NCBI GenBank assembly: GCA_001817915.1
Contig: MHJJ01000014.1
Location: forward strand, 3,695-67,694
DNA length: 64,000 bases
Direction of reading: 5' to 3'
Source of the DNA: Candidatus Harrisonbacteria bacterium RIFCSPLOWO2_01_FULL_44_18
GTDB taxonomy: Bacteria > Patescibacteriota > Minisyncoccia > UBA6257 > WO2-44-18
The position numbers and the translations under genes are program-made. The notes below the pieces were generated by a model that was given only the letters and a program-made list of their open reading frames with translations, searched no databases and had not been told where the DNA came from. Position 1 is the first letter of the stretch. Each line of letters opens with the position of its first letter. Positions 24,738 to 33,223 of the stretch are shown piece by piece.

Positions 24738-24761
24738 AAATTCCCTCGAATGAGGGAATTT
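24738..24761. terminator. hairpin aaattccctc gaat gagggaattt
   Basis: Lies just 3' of the minus-strand ORF 24760-25464, overlapping its stop codon. Its sequence is similar to the hairpin at 22736. Confidence 0.5.
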
Positions 24762-25464
24762 AAATTGGATTTTGAATAATGTCGGGGATCATTGATGGAA
24801 CCAGTCCCAAGCGGTTACGCGCGGAACGGGGATCGCAAAACATGATCATAATCTTGTTTGTTCTGAAATGAACGTATGCTTGATATTGAGATAGATCGCC
24901 GTCGCCATTATCGGCGCACCAAATCGCCTGTTCATTAAAAATAAGTTTTTTTCTAAGCAAGCGGCGGATCAGCCAAGTGTAGACGTAGACTACGGCCCTT
25001 TCCCGAATTTGCGTTTCTCCAGTGAAGCGTTCTTCTTGATCGAAAAAACTTTTCCGCAAACTGCCGCTTAGAATCGCCTTTCTTAGCAAATACCACTTGA
25101 GTTCGCAGGTCTCGCGCTTCACGAAATCCATTTTTGTAATATCTGCCGCCTCTTCGCTTAAAATCGAGTTTTTCGCCTGGACAAATTTTACCCCCGGAAT
25201 TTTACCGCATAGAAATATAATCCTATTTATTGTGAGCGGGCGATTGGCGCCGTCTTGAGTTAGGCCCGGGAAGAGCACATAGTCGTCTTTACATTCTATG
25301 AGTTTAGCCGGAGAAAAGGGGATGACATCCAGACGCGTTTTTTCTGGAATAGATAATTTTGTTTTCCAAATCTCGCAGACTTCCATATAATCCATAAAAT
25401 TGTTTCCCATTATTTTTCGAGCGCCCCAGCGGGAGGTTCCATCATCTGTCATTTCGCGCCTCAT
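24760..25464 (-). CDS. hypothetical protein, no recognisable family
   Basis: 234-aa ORF. The start may instead be the second ATG (25452), which sits behind GAGG. No motif recognised. Confidence 0.5.
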   Translation of the reverse strand: MRREMTDDGTSRWGARKIMGNNFMDYMEVCEIWKTKLSIPEKTRLDVIPFSPAKLIECKDDYVLFPGLTQDGANRPLTINRIIFLCGKIPGVKFVQAKNSILSEEAADITKMDFVKRETCELKWYLLRKAILSGSLRKSFFDQEERFTGETQIRERAVVYVYTWLIRRLLRKKLIFNEQAIWCADNGDGDLSQYQAYVHFRTNKIMIMFCDPRSARNRLGLVPSMIPDIIQNPI

Positions 25465-25559
25465 TGAATTTTTTGATGAACTGCTTAAACTATAAAGATT
25501 AGTGAAAAATTAGTCAATTAGGGGTAAAATATTTTTAAATTGCCCTAAGAAATAAATTT

Positions 25560-25595
25560 GGAAGCGTTGCAGAGTGGACGAATGCACCATTTGGC
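25560..25595 (+). pseudogene. orphan 5' half of a Ser-type tRNA
   Basis: GGAAGCG-TT-GCAGAGTGGACGAATGC-A-CCATT... has the acceptor 5' strand and a D-arm very like that of the neighbouring tRNA-Ser. I found no matching 3' half. Confidence 0.5.
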
Positions 25596-25607
25596 TCTAT
25601 TCAAAGC

Positions 25608-25694
25608 GGAGGGTTGGCAGAGTGGTCTAACGCGCCGCACTTGAAATGCGGTTTCCCGGAAACGGGATCACAGGTTCGAATCCTGTACCCTCCG
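25608..25694 (+). tRNA. tRNA-Ser(UGA)
   Basis: GGAGGGT-TG-GCAGAGTGGTCTAACGC-G-CCGCA-CTTGAAA-TGCGG, variable arm TTTCCCGGAAACGGGATC, ACAGG-TTCGAAT-CCTGT-ACCCTCC-G. Confidence 0.9.
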
Positions 25695-25765
25695 CTTTGA
25701 ATAGAAACTTGTCCTCCGAAGGAGGATCCGCCTCCGGTGGAAAATGCGGTATCGCAACCAAAAAG

Positions 25766-25790
25766 AAAAACTCCGCGTTGCGGAGTTTTT
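25766..25790. terminator. bidirectional intrinsic terminator
   Basis: aaaaactccgc gtt gcggagttttt, between tRNA-Ser (+) and tdk (-). Confidence 0.8.
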
Positions 25791-26400
25791 ATAATGAGGG
25801 TTTTCCGGGCAATTCATGGCATTTGTAACAACGGACTTCGTAAGTTTCTTTGCCGCCGACCCGGATCAAAGGAGCATGGTAAGCCGCCGGTTTTCCTCTG
25901 ATTAGCCGTTGTGGTAATCTTGCCGGTTTTTTACAGCGGCCGCAGTGGGCGGCATCGCGCCTATCAATGCCGTCAGCCAAGGCCATCAAAAGAGGAGTTG
26001 AACCAAAGGGTTCGCCACGAAAATCCAGATCAAGGCCGGCCGCGATGACATCGTATCCCGCGGCGCAAATTTCACTTACCACCAGGTGTAAATTCGATGC
26101 CGCTGAAAAAAATTGAACTTCGTCCATGGCCGCCACATTAAAATGGCGCGTTCGTCCTAAAATTCGCAGCATTTTTTCCGGCTTATCAGTCTCAATTTCA
26201 TGAGCCGCCATTTTATTGCCATCGGCGCTTTCGATAAAACCTCGTTGACTGCGGGTGTCAATGCTGGGCTTAAACACAATCACTTTTCGCCCGCCATATT
26301 CCCTAAGCCGTTTAATTCGGCGAATAAGCTCATCGGTTTTTCCCGAAAACATTGTGCCGGTGATCACTGTCAACTTTCCTCTTGTGATTTTTTTGTTCAT
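25789..26400 (-). CDS. tdk: thymidine kinase
   Basis: P-loop GTMFSGKTDELIRR and C-terminal zinc ligands CGRC...CYKCH. Start moved to MNKKITRG behind GGGGAG; the 94-codon upstream extension lies in palindrome N5. Confidence 0.88.
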   Translation of the reverse strand: MNKKITRGKLTVITGTMFSGKTDELIRRIKRLREYGGRKVIVFKPSIDTRSQRGFIESADGNKMAAHEIETDKPEKMLRILGRTRHFNVAAMDEVQFFSAASNLHLVVSEICAAGYDVIAAGLDLDFRGEPFGSTPLLMALADGIDRRDAAHCGRCKKPARLPQRLIRGKPAAYHAPLIRVGGKETYEVRCYKCHELPGKPSL

Positions 26401-26440
26401 CGTCTCCCCTCGGAATTTTTCTATCAAGCAGCTGATGTCC

Positions 26441-26715
26441 AGAACCCATCTCAATAATAATCCCCAAACGCGTTCTTGGCTAGGGCCTGTCTGAGTGCGA
26501 GGCTTTCCGACGCAGGCGTACCTGAAAGGTACGTCGAGGAGGAATAACGAAGCAATCGGACAGGATAGCCAGAACCCGAAGGGATATGGCTCTTTTTGTC
26601 CATCGCGGCGTTGTCTCCTTTTCATCGTATTCTTTGAGTACGACTTCGTCGTCGCGCCTTGCGCTGAATGAAAAGAGTTCACATCGCGTTAGGAATTATT
26701 ATTGAGATGGGTTCT
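26441..26715. repeat. compound nested palindrome N5
   Basis: Perfect 21-bp outer arms agaacccatctcaataataat / attattattgagatgggttct, with several inner hairpins (cgtacctgaaaggtacg and others). Confidence 0.9.
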
Positions 26716-26754
26716 CGTATATAATAAAGGTAAAATAATACGCAATTTTAATAA

Positions 26755-29373
26755 ATGATTACCAAAGAAACTTTGCGAAAATCTTTTTGGGCTTTGCCGG
26801 TTCACGAGGCGCTTGACGCGCTTGAAACTACTGCCAGCGGGTTGATGCGGGATGAAGCAGAAGAGCGTCTTAGGGTTTTCGGGAAAAACGTTTTAGCCAA
26901 AAGGATAAGAATAACTAAATTAAAAATTCTTGTCAGGCAGTTCGGAAGCCCGCTGATTTTTCTTTTGTTAATTGCCGGCGGCGTTACTTTGTTTTTGAAG
27001 GATTTTAAGGATGCCGGATTTATTCTTGCCGCCGCTTTAATAAACGCGATTTTGGGATTTTATCAAGAAAGCAAAGCCGAGACGGCGTTGGCGCATTTAA
27101 GAACTTACATCAGAGAACGCAATCGCGTATTTAGAGATAATCACGAGATAGAAGTTGATTCCAGCGAATTAGCGCCGGGAGACGTCATCCATTTATCTCA
27201 AGGGGATCGGATACCCGCGGACTGCCGATTAATTTATGTCAACGATTTTGCCGTTGATCAAGCGATTTTAACCGGCGAATCCCTGCCGGTTTCTAAAGAT
27301 ATCAAGCCCGCCAGTTTTCAGGCAGTCCTCGCGGATCAGAATTCAATGGTCTTTAGCGGCACGGTGGCGGTACAGGGGTTTGCCAATGCCGTTGTTTCCG
27401 CTACCGGCAAATACACCGAATTGGGGAAAATCGCCGCTCTAGTCGCGAGGCCGGAAAAGGAACGCACTCCTCTTCGCGAGGCAATAAATAAATTCAGTAT
27501 TAAGGCCAGCATTATTTTGATCGGATTAACGGCCCTGATTTTTTCGCTCGGCGTTTTGACGGGAAGTTCATTGCTGGATATGTTTTTGATTTCGGTGGCG
27601 ATCGTAGTTTCGGCGATACCGGAAGGATTGCCAATCGCGATGACCGTCATTTTGGCGGTAGGCGTGCAAAGATTGGCGTGGAAAAAAGGAATTGTCCGCA
27701 AATTGCTCGCGGCGGAAACAATGGGCAGCACCTCGGTAATTTTGACTGATAAGACCGGCACCTTGACTGAAGCCAAGATGGAACTTTCGGAAATAAAAGT
27801 TTATAAGGAGGACCGCGCGGAAGAGCGGAAAGAAACGATATTAAAACTCGCCATCCTTAATAGCGACGTGGTGATAGAAAATCCCGGCGATTCGCCTTTT
27901 GACTGGGAAATTATTGGCCGGCCGCTGGAGGTGGCGATTGTCAGATCGGCGGCCAAATTTGATATTTTGGCGCCGGATGTTCGTAAGAAAATGAAAGCCG
28001 TCGATTATCTTCCATTTAGTTCCGTAAATAAATTTTCGGCAAACGTTATTCAGCAAGGTTCGAAATATTTACTTAGCGTGTTCGGCGCGCCGGAAATTTT
28101 ATTAAAATTTTCTAATTTGCCCGATAATTCGCGCCGCCAAATTCATAGAGATGTCGACAAGGTCGCCTATGGCGGCGCGAGAGTTTTAGCAGTCGCGACA
28201 AAAGAATTATCGGGCATTGAAGGAGTTTCGCTTCGCCAGAAAGAAATTTTTAAAGATTTGGATTTTTTGGGAACAATGTCTTTTAGGGACCCGATTCGCA
28301 AAGAAGTCAGAGACGCGGTTAATCGGGTCGCTCAAGCCGGTGTCCGCACTTTAATTGTCACGGGAGATCATCGCGGCACCGCGGAGTTTGTAGCTAAAGA
28401 AGTCGGCATTTCTATTGATGGCGATAGTGTCATTGACGGCGCTGAACTTGACGCGCTGAACGATGAAGATCTTAAAAATAGACTTCCGAATTTAAGGATT
28501 GTTTCGCGGGTAAGTCCGGAAGGAAAATTGAGGATAGTTAAAGCGCTTCAGGGGATAGGGGAGATTGTGGCAATGACCGGCGACGGCGTGAATGACGCCC
28601 CAAGTTTAAAGGAAGCTGATATCGGCGTTAGCATGGGTTCGGGCACCGATGTTGCTAAAGATGTATCGGATTTAGTTTTGCTTGACGATAATTTTGAAAC
28701 CATCGTGGAAGCCGTGGCTGAGGGCCGAAGGATTATACAAAATATCAGAAAAGTAATCGTTTATCTGCTTTCAAATGCTTTGGACGGATTGATTTTAATT
28801 GGCGGGTCCTTGCTTATCGGCTTGAGCTTGCCGTTGAACGCGCTGCAGATTCTTTGGGTTAATTTTTTTACCGATAGTTTTCCGGCAATCGCCTTGGCTT
28901 TTGAAAAAAAGATTGACCATTGGGTTGATCGTCCCGCGCCAATCCATAAAGGATTGCTTGACTCGGAAATGAGATTTTTGATTCAAGTGATCGGAGCGCT
29001 CACGAGTGTTTTGCTTTTGGTTTTATACGTTGGCTTGCTTTATTTGGGTATTGAAGAAAAATTGGTTCACACTTTTATCTTTGCCGCCTTTGGGACATAC
29101 AGTTTGTTTTTGGTTTTCGCGGTTCGAAGTTTGAGACGGAGTATTTTCACTTATAATCCTTTTTCAAACCCCGCGCTTTTGGGAAGCGTGATTTTAGGAT
29201 TGGGATTAATGGCGATCGCGATTTACGTTCCTTTTCTCCAAAAATTATTCGGCACCATGCCCTTGCCGTTAAACTGGCTCTGGGGCATCGTGGGTTTGGG
29301 AATTTTGAATGTCTTCGCGATTGAGTTTGGAAAGTGGGTTTTTAGAAAAAAACAACTAACAACTAACAACTAA
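26755..29373 (+). CDS. cation-transporting P-type ATPase (type II, Ca2+/Mg2+-like)
   Basis: 872 aa. The DKTGTLT phosphorylation site, TGES, TGDGVNDAPSLK and about 10 TM segments are present. Confidence 0.9.
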   Translation: MITKETLRKSFWALPVHEALDALETTASGLMRDEAEERLRVFGKNVLAKRIRITKLKILVRQFGSPLIFLLLIAGGVTLFLKDFKDAGFILAAALINAILGFYQESKAETALAHLRTYIRERNRVFRDNHEIEVDSSELAPGDVIHLSQGDRIPADCRLIYVNDFAVDQAILTGESLPVSKDIKPASFQAVLADQNSMVFSGTVAVQGFANAVVSATGKYTELGKIAALVARPEKERTPLREAINKFSIKASIILIGLTALIFSLGVLTGSSLLDMFLISVAIVVSAIPEGLPIAMTVILAVGVQRLAWKKGIVRKLLAAETMGSTSVILTDKTGTLTEAKMELSEIKVYKEDRAEERKETILKLAILNSDVVIENPGDSPFDWEIIGRPLEVAIVRSAAKFDILAPDVRKKMKAVDYLPFSSVNKFSANVIQQGSKYLLSVFGAPEILLKFSNLPDNSRRQIHRDVDKVAYGGARVLAVATKELSGIEGVSLRQKEIFKDLDFLGTMSFRDPIRKEVRDAVNRVAQAGVRTLIVTGDHRGTAEFVAKEVGISIDGDSVIDGAELDALNDEDLKNRLPNLRIVSRVSPEGKLRIVKALQGIGEIVAMTGDGVNDAPSLKEADIGVSMGSGTDVAKDVSDLVLLDDNFETIVEAVAEGRRIIQNIRKVIVYLLSNALDGLILIGGSLLIGLSLPLNALQILWVNFFTDSFPAIALAFEKKIDHWVDRPAPIHKGLLDSEMRFLIQVIGALTSVLLLVLYVGLLYLGIEEKLVHTFIFAAFGTYSLFLVFAVRSLRRSIFTYNPFSNPALLGSVILGLGLMAIAIYVPFLQKLFGTMPLPLNWLWGIVGLGILNVFAIEFGKWVFRKKQLTTNN

Positions 29374-29457
29374 CAACTAACAACTAACAACTAACAACTA
29401 ACAACTAACAACTAACAACTAACAACTAACAACTAACAACTAACAACTAACAACTAA
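29353..29457. repeat. heptanucleotide tandem repeat (CAACTAA)x15
   Basis: 105 bp of perfect repeat. It overlaps the last 21 nt of the ATPase CDS and abuts the stop codon of comF. Confidence 0.95.
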
Positions 29458-30167
29458 ACCTTGGCTATTACCAGTCCGATGACTCTTGCCGCGCCGGCTT
29501 TTCGTAAAATTTTTACTGCTTCGTTCATAGTACTGCCGGAAGTAAATACGTCATCGATCGGGATTATCTTTTTGCCCTTAATCAACTCCGGATTTTTTAC
29601 CGCGAAGCATCCGGCAATGTTCTCTTGCCTTTTTTCTAATCCTTTTATTTCCGGCTGGGGCTTAGTATTTTTTATTCTGATTAAATTGCCGGTCATCAAT
29701 TTCACGCCAAGGGTTTTGCTGATTTCTTCGGCAATGGCTTCAGATTGATTAAACCCGCGCCCCCTTTCTCGAGAAGGATGAAGCGGGATCGGGATAATCA
29801 AACTTGCGGGACTTATTGGCCTTATAGGCCCTATGTAGGCCAGCAGGATTTTCGCCAGCGGTTTGGCGGCGCATTTTTGTTTTTTGTACTTGAGCCGCCA
29901 AATCAGTTTTTTTACTTTTTCATCGTCATAGGACGTTGCCGCGCCCAATAAGTAGGAGTCTTTTTTGTGGCAGACTTTTTTATTGTCGGCTAATCTTGCC
30001 CGACAGATCGAGCAATACAACGCGGTATTTATAGGAATAGAATTAAAACAAGAAGCGCAGATATATTCTTCCTTTTCGGTTTTTTGAAGAGCTTTTTCGC
30101 AAATCAAACAAATCGGCGGGGAGAGAATATCCAAAACAGCGCCTTTTAATCTTATTAAGTAATTCAT
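29454..30167 (-). CDS. comF: ComF family protein (phosphoribosyltransferase domain, ComFC-like)
   Basis: 237 aa. N-terminal Cys pairs (CLIC..CASC, CSIC) and the PRTase motif IIPIDDVFTSGSTMNEA. Confidence 0.8.
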   Translation of the reverse strand: MNYLIRLKGAVLDILSPPICLICEKALQKTEKEEYICASCFNSIPINTALYCSICRARLADNKKVCHKKDSYLLGAATSYDDEKVKKLIWRLKYKKQKCAAKPLAKILLAYIGPIRPISPASLIIPIPLHPSRERGRGFNQSEAIAEEISKTLGVKLMTGNLIRIKNTKPQPEIKGLEKRQENIAGCFAVKNPELIKGKKIIPIDDVFTSGSTMNEAVKILRKAGAARVIGLVIAKV

Positions 30168-30169
30168 AA

Positions 30170-30329
30170 GACCTCTTGCTTAATAATTTTTCGTTACGAA
30201 ATGGATAAATTTGAGGCGAAACAAAGCGAAAATTTCGAGGCATATACAAGAGTATCTGTCGAGAAATTTTCGCAAAGTTGTAGCCCAAATTTATACATTG
30301 CAGTAGAAAAGGTTATTACGCAAGAGGTC
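30170..30329. repeat. compound nested palindrome N6
   Basis: Outer arms gacctcttgc / gcaagaggtc. Inner arms gcgaaaatttcgag / tcgagaaattttcgc. Confidence 0.75.
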
Positions 30330-30390
30330 TATATTCTGGTATACTAAAGCTAGATTGTCGTTAAGGCAAATTCACTGAACTAAGAACTAA

Positions 30391-31470
30391 ATGGCTTTCG
30401 ATTTTTTTAAATCTTTACTCGGCGCCCAAAATTATTTGGCGGTTGATATCGGCACTACTTCGATAAAGGTTTTAGAATTTTCAAAAAAATCCAACGGCCG
30501 GCCGGCTCTTCGCAATTACGGATTTTTGGAAACCTACGGCTATCTGGAAAGATTTAATGAAGCCCTTCAAACCAGTAGTTTGAAAATGCTTGATGTGGAG
30601 GCGGCGAAGTATTTAAAAATAGTTTTGGATCGCGCCGGAATCAAGTCGCGGTCGGCGGTCGCGTCCATACCCGCCTTTATGGCCTTTACCACTTTAATCG
30701 AACTGCCAATGATGAGCGAAGCTGAAACTTCGCAGACAATGGATTTTCAGGCAAAACAGTATATTCCCATCCCGGTAAAAGCGGCCGCGATTGATTGGAT
30801 AAAGATAGGCGAACGCGAGGACGAAGAGGGGCGAAAGAGACAGCAAGTTTTTTTGATTTCCGTTCCAAAGGAACAAATTGAAAAATATCAAAAGATTTTC
30901 CGGCTAGCCGGTTTGAAATTAGCCGCTTTGGAAATCGAGGGTTTGAGTCTTGCTCGAGCGCTTAGCCGAGGCATTAAAGAGCCGGTTTTGATTGTTGATA
31001 TCGGCGCTCGTTCAACCAGCCTGACCGTCGGAGTAGACGGGCTTTTGAGATTCGCCGGTCAAACCGATTTTGCCGGCGGCTCCTTGACTCAAGCAGTGGC
31101 TTCGGGTTTGGGCATCGCCGCCCGACGAGCTGAAGAATTGAAGTGGCGGAAGGGCTTAATCGCCACCGGCGGCGAGCAAGAGTTATCCACACTGATGCTA
31201 CCGTTTTTAGATGTTATAATTAATGAGGCGAAAAGAGTCAAGCAGAATTACGAAACCAGTTATCAGAATAAGATAGCCGCGGTTATTTTGGCGGGAGGCG
31301 GGGCAAATTTGTTGGGTATAGAGAAATATTTTGGTCAACAGATAGAACTGCCGGCATCTTTAGCCGCTCCCTTCAAAGAGATTGACTATCCGCCGGAGAT
31401 TGCCTCGTTAATCAAAGATTTGGGACCGGCATTTTCAGCCGCGATAGGACTAGGGATGAAAGGGCTATAA
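30391..31470 (+). CDS. pilM: type IV pilus assembly protein PilM (actin-like ATPase fold)
   Basis: 359 aa. Has the YLAVDIGTTSIKVLEF start, and sits first in a pilMNO-pilB-pilT-pilC context. Confidence 0.85.
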   Translation: MAFDFFKSLLGAQNYLAVDIGTTSIKVLEFSKKSNGRPALRNYGFLETYGYLERFNEALQTSSLKMLDVEAAKYLKIVLDRAGIKSRSAVASIPAFMAFTTLIELPMMSEAETSQTMDFQAKQYIPIPVKAAAIDWIKIGEREDEEGRKRQQVFLISVPKEQIEKYQKIFRLAGLKLAALEIEGLSLARALSRGIKEPVLIVDIGARSTSLTVGVDGLLRFAGQTDFAGGSLTQAVASGLGIAARRAEELKWRKGLIATGGEQELSTLMLPFLDVIINEAKRVKQNYETSYQNKIAAVILAGGGANLLGIEKYFGQQIELPASLAAPFKEIDYPPEIASLIKDLGPAFSAAIGLGMKGL

Positions 31471-31612
31471 CGAAGTAATCGCGAACAACGCGAATCTATG
31501 CAAAATAATGCTAATAATTTATTCGCGTTATTTCGAATCAGATTAGCATTATTCGCGATTACTCCGATTCGTGTTATTTTGAAACAAATTAGCATTATTC
31601 GCGATTACTCCG
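31471..31612. repeat. pilus-operon junction repeat, copy 1 (stop of pilM to start of pilN)
   Basis: Starts cgaagtaatcgcgaacaacgcgaa immediately after the TAA and ends attagcattattcgcgattactccg immediately before the ATG. Confidence 0.9.
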
Positions 31613-32146
31613 ATGAATCAAAATCTTGTTGATAAATTTGAAACGGAAAGATTGCCGACCGGGTGGCCATGGCGGTTATTTTTGTTCAGTTTTTTGCTTT
31701 TCGCGGCGACGGTCGTCAGTTATTTTGGTTTGTCATTGGGCTATAAGCCGTTTTTAAACAGGCAAATTGCCGGAAAGGAAGCGGAAGTTAATCAATTGGC
31801 GGCGGCCGTTCCCGAAGCCGAGCAGGAAAATTTTATTAGATTTTATTCTCAATTGGCGAATTTGGAGAAAGTCTTAAACAACCATGTTGTTTCTTCCGCC
31901 CTCTTTCCATTTTTAGAAAGAAATACCAACGTCCAGATATATTACAATATCTTGGATTTCAGCGCTTCGGAGAAGAGATTGACTTTGGATGGCGTTGCTC
32001 AAAACTACGATATTTTAGCGCAGCAGCTCGAGGCTTTCACTCAAGCTAAAGAGGTTGAGCGGTTTTTAATCAATGAATCGCAATTAAGCGAAGGAAAAAT
32101 AAGATTTCGGGTATCGCTATTTTTAGCGCCGCAAGTATTGAGATAA
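31613..32146 (+). CDS. pilN: PilN-like type IV pilus assembly protein
   Basis: 177 aa with a single N-terminal TM segment, located after pilM. Confidence 0.6.
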   Translation: MNQNLVDKFETERLPTGWPWRLFLFSFLLFAATVVSYFGLSLGYKPFLNRQIAGKEAEVNQLAAAVPEAEQENFIRFYSQLANLEKVLNNHVVSSALFPFLERNTNVQIYYNILDFSASEKRLTLDGVAQNYDILAQQLEAFTQAKEVERFLINESQLSEGKIRFRVSLFLAPQVLR

Positions 32147-32147
32147 A

Positions 32148-32717
32148 ATGAAGGCTTCAACTAAAAGAATTTTCAGTTTGTTGGGAATCGCCGCTTTGTT
32201 GGTGGCGACATTGGCGGTTTACGCGAGTTTAATCAGGCCTGAATATGAAATTGTGGCCCAGCTTCGCGGCGTTCTTTCGGCAAAGACCAAATTGCTTGAA
32301 GAACAGGGGCGGGTAATCGCTCAAGTTCAGGATTTGATCGCGCAGTATCAAGGCGCGGCTCAGCTTCAGGAAACTATTTCTCTGGCATTGCCAACGGATG
32401 AAGCAACGGCCTCTATTTTCCAGCAAGTTAACGCCATTGCCAGAGCGAACGGCCAGTCCACTCAGGCTTTTGGTTTAACGGCTTTGGCCATTAAGCCGGC
32501 GTCCAGCGACGCGCCCGGATCCAAAGGATTGGGGACGCTGCGGCTGAACTTCCGCCTTTTGGGTAATTACGGAGGATTTAAGGGATTCTTAAAAGCTCTT
32601 GAGACCAATGTCCGAGTTATGGATTTAGCCGGTTTGAAAATGGAACAGGCCGGTCGCCCCAATCAAGATTTATATTTTTATAATTTAGTGGTCGATACAT
32701 ACTATCAATCACATTAG
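32148..32717 (+). CDS. pilO: PilO-like type IV pilus assembly protein
   Basis: 189 aa with an N-terminal TM segment and a coiled-coil-like segment. The call rests on position. Confidence 0.6.
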   Translation: MKASTKRIFSLLGIAALLVATLAVYASLIRPEYEIVAQLRGVLSAKTKLLEEQGRVIAQVQDLIAQYQGAAQLQETISLALPTDEATASIFQQVNAIARANGQSTQAFGLTALAIKPASSDAPGSKGLGTLRLNFRLLGNYGGFKGFLKALETNVRVMDLAGLKMEQAGRPNQDLYFYNLVVDTYYQSH

Positions 32718-32832
32718 TCTGTTATCGCGAGGCATTTATGCCGAGCTAGTTACCAGTTACCAATTACTTCGTGGAATCGCCGTGTAATCAGTAACTTGCT
32801 CAACATAAAGGTTTCGCGACACAGTTCAAAGT

Positions 32833-33123
32833 ATGGCCATACTTGTCAGCGAGCAAAAAAAACCGATTAACTGGTTCGCCATAATTTTTGTGGTGATTTT
32901 AATCGCGCTAGTCGCGGGCGGCGCCTACTATTTGTTTTTTGCTCCGACGCCGGGTATTGAAATAATCGTGCCTCCATCGCTTCAATCCGTTACTAAAATT
33001 TCCCAGGTTGAATTCGACCCGGCCGCCGTAGTTAACAGCCGGGCATTCAAAGTTTTGCGTTCTTATACCGGCTTGCCAAGTGTCGGAACGTTGGGAAGAG
33101 GTAATCCGTTTATTGGTTTTTAA
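32833..33123 (+). CDS. hypothetical single-pass membrane protein in the pilus operon
   Basis: 96 aa with TM segment WFAIIFVVILIALVAGGAYYLFF. Confidence 0.5.
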   Translation: MAILVSEQKKPINWFAIIFVVILIALVAGGAYYLFFAPTPGIEIIVPPSLQSVTKISQVEFDPAAVVNSRAFKVLRSYTGLPSVGTLGRGNPFIGF

Positions 33124-33223
33124 TAATTGTATAGACCGATGCTAAAAATGCGAAATAAATGCGAATTATGCGAAGTATAAAGTTTTTTCGCAACATTCGC
33201 ATCATCAATTTCGCATCGGTAAC

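Noticed and set aside
26401-26682. 94-codon N-terminal extension of the thymidine kinase ORF.
   Set aside because: The extension lies inside nested palindrome N5. The conserved Tdk sequence starts at MNKKITRG..GTMFSGKT, which has its own GGGGAG RBS.
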